From Eledone cirrhosa (taxonomy: Eukaryota): a stretch of DNA of 64,000 bases. Position numbers and translations under genes: made by a program. Each line of letters opens with the position of its first letter. Positions within the stretch are counted from its first letter, which is position 1. The DNA is taken from NCBI GenBank assembly GCA_964016885.1, contig OZ024744.1, forward strand, positions 23,870,001 to 23,934,000. The letters are read 5' to 3'. Below are positions 13,601 through 28,115 of this stretch, one piece after another. The notes beneath the pieces are model-generated. The model made no database searches. It was not told the origin of the DNA and saw only the letters and a list, made by a program, of their open reading frames with translations.

Positions 13601-14774
13601 CTCGTTTTAATAACAGTTGAATCTTAAGATAAAACTCGTTTTAACAACAGTTGAATCTTAAGAACTGACTCGTTTTAACAACAGCTGAATTTTAAGATAA
13701 AACTCGTTTTAACAACAGTTGAATCTTAATAACTGACTCGTTTTATCAACAGTTCAACCTTAAGAACTGACTCATTTTAACAACATTTGAATCTTCAAAT
13801 AAAACTCGTTTTAACAACAGTTGAATGTTAAGAACTGATTCGTTTTAACAACAGCTGAATCTTAAGATAAACTCGTTTTAACAACAGTTGAATCTTAAGA
13901 TAAACCTCGTTTTAACAACAGTTTAATCTTAAGAACTGACTCGTTTTAACAACAGTTGAATCTTAAGATAAAATTCGTTTTAACAACAGTTGAATCTTAA
14001 GAACTGATTCGTTTTAACAACAGTTCAAACTTAAGAACTGACTCGTTTTAACAACAGTTGAATCTTAAGATAAAACTCGTTTTAACAACAGTTGAATCTT
14101 AAGAACTGATTCGTATTAACAACAGTTGAATATTAAGATAAAACTCGTTTTAACAACAGTTAAATCTTAAGAACTGTCTCGTTTTAACAATAGTTGAATC
14201 TTAAGAACTGACTCGTTTTAACAACAGTTGAATCTTATGATAAAACTCGTTTTAACAACAGTTGAATCTTAAGAACTGACTCGTTTTAACAACAGTTGAA
14301 TCTTAAGAACTGACTCGTTTTATAAACAGTTCAACCTTAAGAACTGACTCGTTTTAACAACAGTTGAATCTTCAAATAAAACTCGTTTTAACAACAGTTG
14401 AATATTAAGAACTGACTCGTTTTAACAGCAGTTGAATCTTAATATAAAACTCGTTTTAACAACAGTTGAATCTTAAGATAAAACTTGTTTTAACAACAGT
14501 TGAATCGTAAGAACTGACTCGTTTTAATAACAGTTGAATCTTAAGATAGAACTCGTTTTAACAACAGTTGAATCTTAAGAACTGACTCGTTTTAACAACA
14601 GCTGAATTTTAAGATAAAACTCGTTTTAACAACAGTTGAATCTTAAGAACTGACTCGTTTTATCAACAGTTCAACCTTAAGAACTGACTCATTTTAACAA
14701 CAGTTGAATCTTCAAATAAAACTCGTTTTAACAACAGTTGAATGTTAAGAACTGAATCGTTTTAACAACAGCTG
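7677..14774. repeat. HOR-1, copy 2 (7,098 bp, about 209 monomers, lacks a 578-bp block present in copy 1)
   Basis: Near-identical to 1-7676. The offset is 7676 before about 1500 and 7098 after about 2075. Few private SNPs (e.g. GAATATGAAG near 8762). Confidence 0.92.
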
Positions 14775-16043
14775 AATCTTAAGATAAACTCGTTTTAACA
14801 ACAGTTGAATCTTAAGATAAACCTCGTTTTAACATCTGTTTAATCTTAAGAACTGAATCGTTTTAACAACAGTTGAATCTTAAGATAAAATTCGTTTTAA
14901 CAATAGTTGAATCTTAAGAACTGATTCGTTTTAACAACAGTTCAAACTTAAGAACTGACTCGTTTTAACAACAGCTGAATCTTAAGAACTGATTCGTTTT
15001 AACAACAGCTGAATCTTAAGATAAACTCGTTTTAACAACAGTTGAATCTTAAGATAAAACTCGTTTTAACTACAGTTGAATCTTAAGAACTGACTCGTTT
15101 TAACAACAGCTGAATCTTAAGATAAACCTCGTTTTAACAACAGTTGTATCTTAAGAACTGATTCGTTTTAACAACAGATGAATCTTAAGATAAACCTCGT
15201 TTTAACAACAGTTGAATCTTGAGAACTGGCTCGTTTAAACAACAGTTGAATCTTAAGATAAAACTCGTTTTAACAACAGTTGAATCTTAAGAACTGACTC
15301 GTTTTAACAACAGTTGAATCTTAAGATAAACCTCGTTTTAACAACAGTTGTATCTTAAGAACTGATTCGTTTTAACAACAGATGAATCTTAAGATAAACC
15401 TCGTTTTAACAACAGTTGAATCTTGAGAACTGGCTCGTTTAAACAACAGTTGAATCTTAAGATAAAACTCGTTTTAACAACAGTTGAATCTTAAGAACTG
15501 TCTCGTTTTAACGACAGTTGAATCTTAAGAACTGACTCGTTTTAACAACAGCTGAATCTTAAGATTAAACTCGTTTTAACAACAGTTGAATCTTAAGACA
15601 AAACCCGTTTTAACAACAGTTCAATCTTAAGAACTTTCTCGTTTTAACAACAGTTGAATCTTAAGATAAACCTCGTTTTAACAACAGTTTAATCTTAAGA
15701 ACTGACTCGTTTTAACAACAGTTGAATCCTAAGATAAAATTCGTTTTAACAACAGTTGAATCTTAAGAACTGACTCGTTTTATAAACAGTTCAACCTAAA
15801 GAACTGACTCGTTTTAACAACTGTTGAATCTTCAAATAAAACTCGTTTTAACAACAGTTGAATATTAAGAACTGACTCGTTTTAACAGCAGTTGAATCTT
15901 AATCTAAAACTCGTTTTAATAACAGTTGAATCTTAAGATAAAACTCGTTTTAACAACAGTTTAATCTTAAGAACTGACTCGTTTTAACAACAGTTGAATT
16001 TTAAGATAAAACTCGTTTTAACAACAGTTGAATCTTAAGAACT
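14775..16043. repeat. HOR-1, partial copy 3
   Basis: Matches 1-1269 at offset 14774, then diverges (ACTGACTCG instead of ACTAATTCG). Confidence 0.88.
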
Positions 16044-19000
16044 GACTCGTTTTATCAACAGTTCAACCTTAAGAACTGACTCATTTTAACAAAAGTTGAA
16101 TCTTCAAATAAAACTCGTTTTAACAACAGTTCACTGTTAAGAACTAATTCGTTTTAACAACAGCTGAATCTTAAGATAAAACTCGTTTTAACAACAGTTG
16201 AATCTTAAGATAAAACTCGTTTTAACAACAGTTGAATCTTAAGAACTGACTCGATTTAATAACAGTTGAATCTTAAGATAAAACTCGTTTTAACAACAGT
16301 TGAATCTTAAGAACTGACTCGTTTTAACAACAGCTGAATTTTAAGATAAAACTCGTTTTAACAACAGTTGAATCTTAAGAACTGACTCGTTTTATCAACA
16401 GTTCAACCTTAAGAACTGACTCATTTTAACAAAAGTTGAATCTTAAAATAAAACTCGTTTTAACAACAGTTGAATCTTAAGAACTGACTCGTTTTAACAA
16501 CAGTTGAATCTTAAGATAAAACTCGTTTTAACAACAGTTGAATCTTAAGAACTGTCTCGTTTTAACAACAGTTGAATCTTAAGAACTAACTCGTTTTAAC
16601 AACAGTTTAATCTTAAGAACTGACTCGTTTTAACAACAGTTGAATATTAAGAACTGACTCGTTTTAACAGCAGTTGAATCTTAATATAAAACTCGTTTTA
16701 ACAACAGTTGAATCTTAATATAAAACTCGTTTTAACAACAGTTGAATCTTAAGAACTGACTCGTTTTAATAACAGTTGAATCTTAAGATAGAACTCGTTT
16801 TAACAACAGTTGAATCTTAAGAACTCACTCGTTTTATCAACAGTTCAACCTTAAGAACTGACTCATTTTAACAACAGTTGAATCTTCAAATAAAACTCGT
16901 TTTAACAACAGTTGAATCTTAAGAACTGATTCGTTTTAACAACAGCTGAATCTTAAGATAAACTCGTTTTAACAACAGTTGAATCTTAAGATAAAATTCG
17001 TTTTAACAACAGTTGAATCTTAAGAACTGACTCGTTTTAACAACAGTTGAATCTTAAGATAAAACTCGTTTTAACAACAGCTGAATCTTAAGATAAACTC
17101 GTTTTAACAACAGTTGAATCTTAAGATAAACCTCGTTTTAACAACAGTTTAATCTTAAGAACTGACTCGTTTTAACAACAGTTGAACCTCATATAACATT
17201 CGTTTTAACAACAGTTGAATCTTAAGAACTGATTCGTTTTAACAACAGTTCAAACTTAAGAACTGACTCGTTTTAACAACAGCTGAATCTTAAGATGAAA
17301 CTCGTTTTAACAACAGTTGAATCTTAAGAACTGACTCGTTTTATCAACAGTTCAACCTTAAGAACTGACTCATTTTAACAACAGTTGAATCTTCAAATAA
17401 AACTCGTTTTAACAACAGTTGAATCTTAAGAACTGATTCGTTTTAACAACAGCTGAATCTTAAGATAAACTCGTTTTAACAACAGTTGAATCTTAAGATA
17501 AAATTCGTTTTAACAACAGTTGAATCTTAAGAACTGACTCGTTTTAACAACAGTTGAATCTTAAGATAAAACTCGTTTTAACAACAGTTGAATCTTAAGA
17601 ACTGACTCGTTTTATCAACAGTTCAACCTTAAGAACTGACTCGTTTTAACAACAGTTGAATCTTCAAATAAAACTCGTTTTAACAACAGTTGAATCTAAA
17701 GAACTGACTCGTTTTAACAACAGTTGAATCTTAAGATAAAACTCGTTTTAACAACAGTTGAATCTTAAGAACTGACTCATTTTAACAACAGTTGAATCGT
17801 AAGATAAAACACGTTTTAACAACAGTTGAATCTTAAGACAAAACCCGTTTTAACAACAGTTGAATCTTAAGAACTGTCTCGTTTTAACGACAGTTGAATC
17901 TTAAGAACTGACTCGTTTTAACAGCAGTTGAATCTTAATATAAAACTCGTTTTAACAACAGTTGAATCTGAAGATAAAACTCGTTTTAACAACAGTTGAA
18001 TCTTAAGAACTGACTCGTTTTAATAACAGTTGAATCTTAAGATAAAACTCGTTTTAACAACAGTTGAATCTTAAGAACTGACTCGTTTTAACAACAGTTG
18101 AATCTTAAGAACTGACTCGTTTTATCAACAGTTCAACCTTAAGAACTGACTCATTTTAACAACAGTTGAATCTTCAAATAAAACTCGTTTTAACAACAGT
18201 TGAATCTTCAGATAAAACTCGTTTTAACTACAGTTGAATCTTAAGAACTGACTCGTTTTAACAACAGCTGAATCTTAAGATAAAACTCGTTTTAACAACG
18301 GTTGAATCTTAAGAACTGACTCGTTTTAACAACAGCTGAATCTTAAGATAAAACTCGTATTAACAACAGTTGAATATTAAGAACTGACACGTTTTATCAA
18401 CAGTTCAACCTTAAGAACTGACTCGTTTTAACAACAGTTGAATCTTCAAATAAAACTCGTTTTAACAACAGTTGAATCTAAAGAACTGACTCGTTTTAAC
18501 AACAGTTGAATCTTAAGATAAAACTCGTTTTAACAACAGTTGAATCTTAAGAACTGACTCATTTTAACAACAGTTGAATCTTAAGATACAACTCGTTTTA
18601 ACAATAGCTGAATCTTAAGATTAATCTCGTTTTAACAACAGTTGAATCTTAAGACAAAACCCGTTTTAACAACAGCTGAATCTTAAGATAAAACTCGTAT
18701 TAACAACAGTTGAATCTTAAGAATTGACTCGTTTTAACAACAGTTCAAACTTAAGAACTGACTCGTGTTAACAACAGCTGAATCTTAAGATGAAACTCGT
18801 TTTAACAACAGTTGAATCTTAAGAACTGATTCGTTTTAACAACAGCTGAATCTTAAGATAAACTCGTTTTAACAACAGTTGAATCTTAAGATAAAACTTG
18901 TTTTAACAACAGTTGTATCTTAAGAACTGATTCGTTTTAACAACAGATGAATCTTAAGATAATCCTCGTTTTAACAACAGTTGCATCTTGAGAACTGGCT

Positions 19001-22000
19001 CGTTTAAACAACAGTTGAATCTTAAGATAAAACTCGTTTTAACAACAGTTGAATCTTAAGAACTGACTCGTTTTAACAACAGTTGAATCTTAAGATAAAA
19101 CTCGTTTTAACAACAGTTGAATCTTAAGAACTGACTCATTTTAACAACAGTTGAATCTTAAGATAAATCTCGTTTTAACAACAGCTGAATCTTAAGATTA
19201 AACTCGTTTTAACAACAGTTGAATCTTAAGACAAAACCCGTTTTAACAACAGTTGAATCTTAAGAACTGTCTCGTTTTAACGACAGTTGAATCTTAAGAA
19301 CTGACTCGTTTTAACAACAGCTGAATCTTAAGATTAAACTCGTTTTAACAACAGTTGAATCTTAAGACAAAACCCGTTTTAACAACAGTTGAATCTTAAG
19401 AACTGTCTCGTTTTAACAACAGTTGAATCTTAAGATAAACCTCGTTTTAACAACAGTTTAATCTTAAGAACTGACTCGTTTTAACAACAGTTGAATCTTA
19501 ATCTAAAACTCGTTTTAATAACAGTTGAAGCTTAAGATAAAACTCGTTTTAACAACAGTTGAATCTTAAGAACTTACTCGTGTTAATAACAGGTGAATTT
19601 TAAGATAAAACTCGATTTAACAACTGTTGAATCTTAAGAACTGACTCGTTTTATCAACAGTTCAACCTTAAGAACTGACTCATTTTAACAAAAGTTGAAT
19701 CTTCAAATAAAACTCGTTTTAACAACAGTTGAATGTTAAGAACTGATTCGTTTTAACAACAGCTGAATCTTAAGATAAACTCGTTTTAACAACAGTTGAA
19801 TCTTAAGATAAACCTCGTTTTAACAACAGTTTAATCTTAAGAACTGACTCGTTTTAACAACAGTTGAATCTTAAGATAAAACTCGTTTTAACAACAGTTG
19901 AATCTTAAGATAAAACTCGTTTTAACAACAGTTGAATCTTAAGAACTGACTCGTTTTAATAACAGTTGAATCTTAAGATAAAACTCGTTTTAACAACAGT
20001 TCAATCTTAAGAACTGACTCGTTTTAACAACAGCTGAAGTTTAAGATAAAACTCGTTTTAACAACAGTTGAATCTTAAGAACTGACTCGTTTTATCAACA
20101 GTTCAACCTTAAGAACTGACTCATTTTAACAACAGTTGAATCTTCAAATAAAACTCGTTTTAACAACAGTTGAATCTTAAGAACTGATTCGTTTTAACAA
20201 CAGCTGAATCTTAAGATAAACTCGTTTTAACAACAGTTGAATGTTAAGATAAAATTCGTTTTAACAACAGTTTAATCTTAAGAACTGACTCGTTTTAACA
20301 ACAGTTGAATCTTAAGATAAAATTCGTTTTAACAACAGTTGCATCTTAAGAACTGACTCGTTTTAACAACAGTTGAATCTTAAGATAAAATTCGTTTTAA
20401 CAACAGTTGCATCTTAAGAACTGGCTCGTTTAAACAACAGTTGAATCTTAAGGTAAAACTCGTTTTAACAACAGTTGAATCTTAAGAACTGACTCGTTTT
20501 AACAACAGTTAATTCTTAAGATAAAACTCGTTTTAACAACAGTTGAATCTTAAGAACTGACTCGTTTTATCAACAGTTCAACCTTAAGAACTGAATGGTT
20601 TTAACAACAGTTGAATCTACAAATAAAACTCGTTTTAACAACAGTTGAATCTAAAGAACTGACTCGTTTTAACAACAGTTGAATCTTAAAATAAAACTCG
20701 TTTTAACAACAGTTGAATCTTAAGAACTGACTCATTTTAACAACAGTTGAATCTTAAGATAAAACTCGTTTTAACAACAGCTGAATCTTAAGATTAAACT
20801 CGTTTTAACAACAGTTGAATCTTAAGACAAAACCCGTTTTAACAACAGTTGAATCTTAAGAACTGTCTCGTTTTAACGACAGTTGAATCTTAAGAACTGA
20901 CTCATTTTAACAACAGTTGAATCTTCAAATAAAACTCGTTTTAACAACAGTTGGATCTTAAGAACTGATTCGTTTTAACAACAGCTGAATCTTAAGATAA
21001 ACTCGTTTTAACAACAGTTGAATCTTAAGATAAAACTCGTTTTAACTACAGTTGAATCTTAAGAACTGACTCGTTTTAACAACAGCTGAATCTTAAGATA
21101 AAACTCGTTTTAACAACAGTTGAATCTTAAGAACTGATTCGTTTTAACAACAGATGAATCTTAAGATAAACCTCGTTTTATCAACAGTTGCATCTTAAGA
21201 ACTGGCTCGTTGAAACAACAGTTGAATTTTAAGATAAAACTCGTTTTAACAACAGTTGAATCTTAAGAACTGACTCGTTTTATCAACAGTTCAACCTTAA
21301 GAACTGACTCATTTTAACAACAGTTGAATCTTCAAATAAAACTCGTATTAACAACAGTTGAATCTTAAGAACTGACTCGTTTTATCAACAGTTCAACCTT
21401 AAGAACTGACTCGTTTTAACAACAGTTGAATCTTCAAATAAAACTCGTTTTAACAACAGTTGAATCTAAAGAACTGACTCGTTTTAACAACAGTTGAATC
21501 TTAAGATAAAACTCGTTTTAACAACAGTTGAATCTTAAGAACTGACTCATTTTAACAACAGTTGAATCTTAATATAAAACTCGTTTTAACAACAGCTGAA
21601 TCTTAAGATTAAACTCGTTTTAACAACAGTTGAATCTTAAGACAAAACCCGTTTTAACAACATTTGAATCTTAAGAACTGTCTCGTTTTAGCGACAGTTG
21701 AATCTTAAGAACTGACTCGTTTTAACAGCAGTTGAATCTTAATATAAAACTCGTTTTAACAACAGTTGAATCTTAAGATAAAACTCGTTTTAACAACAGT
21801 TGAATCTTAAGAACTAACTCGTTTTAACAACAGTTGAATCTTAAGATAAAACTCGTTTTAACAACAGTTGAATCTTAAGAACTGACTCGTTTTAACAACA
21901 GCTGAATCTTAAGATAAAACTCGTATTAACAACAGTTGAATCTTAAGAACTGACACGTTTTATCAACAGTTCAACCTTAAGAACTGACTCGTTTTAACAA

Positions 22001-23736
22001 CAGTTGAATCTTCAAATAAAACTCGTTTTAACAACAGTTGAATCTAAAGAACTGACTCGTTTTAACAACAGTTGAATCTTAAGATAAAACTCGTTTTAAC
22101 AACAGTTGAATCTTAAGAACTGACTCATTTTAACAACAGTTGAATCTTAAGATACAACTCGTTTTAACAACAGCTGAATCTTAAGATTAATCTCGTTTTA
22201 ACAACAGTTGAATCTTAAGACAAAACCCGTTTTAACAACAGTTGAATCTTAAGAACCGTCTCGATTTAACGACAGTTGAATCTTAAGAACTGACTCGTTT
22301 TAACAACAGCTGGATCTTAAGATTAAACTCGTTTTAACAACAGTTGAATCTTAAGACAAAACCCGTTTTAACAACAGTTGAATCTTAAGAACTGTCTCGT
22401 TTTAACAACAGTTGAATCTTAAGATAAACCTCGTTTTAACAACAGTTTAATCTTAAAAACTGACTCGTTTTAACAACAGTTGAATCTTAAGATAAAATTC
22501 GTTTTAACAACAGTTGAATCTTAAGAACTGATTCGTTTTAACAACAGTTCAAACTTAAGAACTGACTCGTTTTAACAACAGTTGAATCTTATGATAAAAC
22601 TCATTTTAACAACAGTTGAATCTTAAGAACTGATTCGTTTTAACAACAGTTCAAACTTAAGAACTGATTCGTTTTAACAACAGATGAATCTTAAGATAAA
22701 CCTTGTTTTAACAACAGTTGAATCTTAAGAACTGTCTCGATTTAACGACAGTTGAATCTTAAGAACTGACTCGTTTTAACAACAGTTGAATCTTAAGATA
22801 AAACTCGTTTTAAAATCAGTTGAATCTTAAGAACTGACTAATTTTAACAACAGCTGAATCTTAAGATAAAACTCGTTTTAACAACAGTTGAATCTTAAGA
22901 ACTGACTCGTTTTAACGACAGTTGAATCTTATGATAAAACTCATTTTAACAACAGTTGAATGTTAAGATAAAACTCGTTTTAACAACAGTTGAATCTTAA
23001 GAACTGACTCTTTTTAACAACAGTTGAATGTTAAGATAAAACTCGTTTTAACAACAGTTGAATCTTAAGAACTGACTCGTTTTAACAACAGTTGAATCTT
23101 AAGAACTGACTCGTTTTAACAACAGTTGAATCTTATGATAAAACCCATTTTAACAATAGTTGAATCTTAAGATTAAACTCGTTTTAACAACAGTTGAATC
23201 TTAAGAACTGACTCGTTTTATCAACATTTCAACCTTAAGAACTGACTCGTTTTAACAACAGATGAATCTTCAAATAAAACTGGTTTTAACAACAGTTGAA
23301 TCTTAAGAACTGACTCGTTTTAACAGGAGTTGAATCTTAAGAACTGATTCGTTTTAACAACAGTTCAAACTTAAGAACTGACTCGTATTAACAACAGTTG
23401 AATCTTATTATAAAACTCATTTTAACAACAGTTGAATCTTAAGAACTGATTCGTTTTAACAACAGATGAATCTTAAGATAAACCTCGTTTTAACAACAGT
23501 TGCATCTTAGGAACTGGCTCGTTTAAACAACAGTTGAATCTTAAGATAAAACACGTTTTAACAACAGTTGAATCTTAAGAACTGACTCGTTTTAACAACA
23601 GTTGAATCTTAAGATAAACTCGTTTTAACAACAGTTGAATCTTAAGAACTGACTCGTTTTAACAACAGCTGAATCTTTAGATAAAACTCGTATTAACAAC
23701 AGTTGAATCTTAAGAACTGACTCGTTTTATCAACAG

Positions 23737-26700
23737 TTCAACCTTAAGAACTGACTCGTTTTAACAACAGTTGAATCTTCAAATAAAACTCGTTTTAACA
23801 ACAGTTGAATGTTATGATAAAACTCGTTTTAACAACAGTTGAATCTTAAGAACTGACTCTTTTTAACAACAGTTGAATCTTAAGATAATACTCGTTTTAA
23901 CAACAGTTGAATTTTAAGATACAATTGGTTTTAACAATAGTTGAATGTTAAGAACTATTTCGTTTTAACAACAGTGCAAACTTAAGAGCTGACTCGTTTT
24001 AACAACAGCTGAATCTTATGATAAAACTCATTTTAACAACAGTTGAATCTTAAGATAAAACTCGTTTTACCAACAGTTGAATCTTAAGCACTGTCTCGTT
24101 TTAACAACAGTTGAATCTTAAGATAAAACTCGTTTTAACAACAGTTGAATCTTAAGAACTAATTCGTTTTAACAACAGTTGAATCTTTTGATAAAACCCA
24201 TTTTAACAACAGTTGAATCTTAAGATTAAACTCGTTTTAACAATAGTTGAATCTTAAGAACTGACTCGTTTTAACAACAGTTGAATCTTAAGAACTGACT
24301 CGTTTTATCAACATTTCAACCTTAAGAACTGACTCGTTTTAACAACAGTTGAATCTTCAAATAAAACTCGTTTTAACAACAGTTGAAACTTAAGAACTGA
24401 CTCGTTTTAACAACAGTTGAATCTTAAGAACTGATTCGTTTTAACAACAGTTCAAACTTAAGAACTGACTCGTATTAACAACAGTTGAATCTTATTATAA
24501 AACTCATTTTAACAACAGTTGAATCTTAAGAACTGATTCGTTTTAACAACAGATGAATCTTAAGATAAACCTCGTTTTAACAACAGTTGCATCTTAAGAA
24601 CTGGCTCGTTTAAACAACAGTTGAATCTTAAGATAAAACTCGTTTTAACAACAGTTGAATCTTAAGATAAACTCGTTTTAACAACAGTTGAATCTTAAGA
24701 ACTGACTCGTTTTAACAACAGCTGAATCTTTAGATAAAACTCGTATTAACAACAGTTGAATCTTAAGAACTGACTCGTTTTATCAACAGTTCAACCTTAA
24801 GAACTGACTCGTTTTAACAACAGTTGAATCTTCAAATAAAACTCGTTTTAACAACAGTTGAATCTTAAGAACTGACTCGTTTTAACAACAGTTGAATGTT
24901 ATGATAAAACTCGTTTTAACAACAGTTGAATCTTAAGAACTGACTCTTTTTAACAACAGTTGAATCTTAAGATAATACTCGTTTTAACAACAGTTGAATT
25001 TTAAGATAAAATTCGTTTTAACAATAGTTGAATGTTAAGAACTCTTTCGTTTTAACAACAGTGCAAACTTAAGAGCTGACTCGTTTTAACAACAGCTGAA
25101 TCTTATGATAAAACTCATTTTAACAACAGTTGAATCTTAAGATAAAACTCGTTTTACCAACAGTTGAATCTTAAGCACTGTCTCGTTTTAACAACAGTTG
25201 AATCTTAAGATAAAACTCGTTTTAACAACAGTTGAATCTTAAGAACTAACTCGTTTTAACAACAGTTGAATCTTTTGATAAAACCCATTTTAACAACAGT
25301 TGAATCTTAAGATTAAACTCGTTTTAACAATAGTTGAATCTTAAGAACTGACTCGTTTTAACAACAGTTGAATCTTAAGAACTGACTCGTTTTATCAACA
25401 TTTCAACCTTAAGAACTGACTCGTTTTAACAACAGTTGAATCTTCAAATAAAACTCGTTTTAACAACAGTTGAAACTTAAGAACTGACTCGTTTTAACAA
25501 CAGTTGAATCTTATGATAAAACTCATTTTAACAACAGTTGAATCTTAAGATAAAACTCGTTTTAACAACAGTTGAATCTTAAGCACTGTCTCGTTTTAAC
25601 AACATTTGAATCTTAAGATAAAACTCGTTTTAACAACAGTTGAATCTTAAGAACTGACTCGTTTTAACAACAGTTGAATCTTAAGAACTGACTCGTTTTA
25701 ACAACAGTTGAATCTTAAGATAAGACTCGTTTTAACAACAGTTGAATCTTAAGAACTGACTCGTTTTATCAACATTTCAACCTTAAGAACTGACTCGTTT
25801 TAACAACAGATGAATCTTCAAATAAAACTCGTTTTAACAACAGTTGAATCTTAAGAACTGACTCGTTTTAACAACAGTTGAATCTTAAGAACTGATTCGT
25901 TTTAACAACAGTTCAAACTTAAGAACTGACTCGTATTAACAACAGTTGAATCTTATTATAAAACTCATTTTAACAACAGTTGAATCTTAAGAACTGATTC
26001 GTTTTAACAACAGATGAATCTTAAGATAAACCTCGTTTTAACAACAGTTGCATCTTAGGAACTGGCTCGTTTAAACAACAGTTGAATCCTAAGATAAAAC
26101 ACGTTTTAACAACAGTTGAATCTTAAGAACTGACTCGTTTTAACAACAGTTGAATCTTAAGATAAACTCGTTTTAACAACAGTTGAATCTTAAGAACTGA
26201 CTCGTTTTAACAACAGCTGAATCTTAAGATAAACCTCGTATTAACAACAGTTGAATCTTAAGAACTGACTCGTTTTATCAACAGTTCAACCTTAAGAACT
26301 GACTCGTTTTAACAACAGTTGAATCTTAAGAACTGATTCGTTTTAACAACAGTTCAAACTTAAGAACTGACTCGTATTAACAACAGTTGAATCTTATTAT
26401 AAAACTCATTTTAACAACAGTTGAATCTTAAGAACTGATTCGTTTTAACAACAGATGAATCTTAAGATAAACCTCGTTTTAAAAACAGTTGCATCTTAAG
26501 AACTGGCTCGTTTAAACAACAGTTGAATCTTAAGATAAAACTCGTTTTAACAACAGTTGAATCTTAACATAAAATTCGTTTTAACAATAGTTGAATGTTA
26601 AGAACTCTTTCGTTTTAACAACAGTGCAAACTTAAGAGCTGACTCGTTTTAACAACAGTTGAATCTTATGATAAAACTCATTTTAACAACAGTTGAATCT

Positions 26701-27516
26701 TAAGATAAAACTCGTTTTAACAACAGTTGAATCTTAAGCACTGTCTCGTTTTAACAACAGTTGAATCTTAAGATAAAACTCGTTTTAACAACAGTTGAAT
26801 CTTAAGAACTGATTCGTTTTAACAACAGCTGAATCTTAAGATAAACTCGTTTTAACAACAGTTGAATCTTAAGATAAAACTGGTTTTAACAACAGTTGTA
26901 TCTTAAGAACTGATTCGTTTTAACAACAGATGAATCTTAAGATAATCCTCGTTTTAACAACAGTTGCATCTTGAGAACTGGCTCGTTTAAACAACAGTTG
27001 AATCTTAAGATAAAACTCGTTTTAACAACAGTTGAATCTTAAGAACTGACTCGTTTTAACAACAGTTGAATCTTAAGATAAAACTCGTTTTAACAACAGT
27101 TGAATCTTAAGAACTGACTCATTTTAACAACAGTTGAATCTTAAGATAAATCTCGTTTTAACAACAGCTGAATCTTAAGATTAAACTCGTTTTAACAACA
27201 GTTGAATCTTAAGACAAAACCCGTTTTAACAACAGTTGAATCTTAAGAACTGTCTCGTTTTAACGACAGTTGAATCTTAAGAACTGACTCGTTTTAACAA
27301 CAGCTGAATCTTAAGATTAAACTCGTTTTAACAACAGTTGAATCTTAAGACAAAACCCGTTTTAACAACAGTTTAATCTTAAGAACTGACTCGTTTTAAC
27401 AACAGTTGAATCTTAAGATAAAATTCGTTTTAACAACAGTTGAATATTAAGAACTGACTCGTTTTATAAACAGTTCAACTTTAAGAACTGACTCGTTTTA
27501 ACAACTGTTGAATCTT
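23737..27516. repeat. Dispersed near-identical copy of 1424-5203 (offset 22,313)
   Basis: Markers GATACAATTGG (1605/23918), GTTATG (1498/23811), CTGGCTCG (2288/24601) and ACTGTTG (5191/27504) all share offset 22313. Confidence 0.88.
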
Positions 27517-28115
27517 CAAATAAAACTCGTTTTAACAACAGTTGAATATTAAGAACTGACTCGTTTTATAAACAGTTCAACTTTAAGAACTGACTCGTTT
27601 TAACAGCAGTTGAATCTTAATCTAAAACTCGTTTTAATAACAGTTGAAGCTTAAGATAAAACTCGTTTTAACAACAGTTGAATATTAAGAACTTACTCGT
27701 GTTAACAACAGGTGAATTTTAAGATAAAACTCGTTTTAACAACAGTTGAATCTTAAGAACTGACTCGTTTTATCAACAGTTCAACCTTAAGAACTGACTC
27801 ATTTTAACAAAAGTTGAATCTTCAAATAAAACTCGTTTTAACAACAGTTGAATGTTAAGAACTGATTCGTTTTAACAACAGTTGAATCTTAAGAACTGTC
27901 TCGTTTTAACGACAGTTGAATCTTAAGATAAACCTCGTTTTAACAACAGTTTAATCTTAAGAACTGACTCGTTTTAACAACAGTTGAATCTTAAGATAAA
28001 ACTCGTTTTAACAACAGTTGAATCTTAAGATAAAACTCGTTTTAACAACAGTTGAATCTTAAGAACTGACTCGTTTTAATAACAGTTGAATCTTAAGATA
28101 AAACTCGTTTTAACA

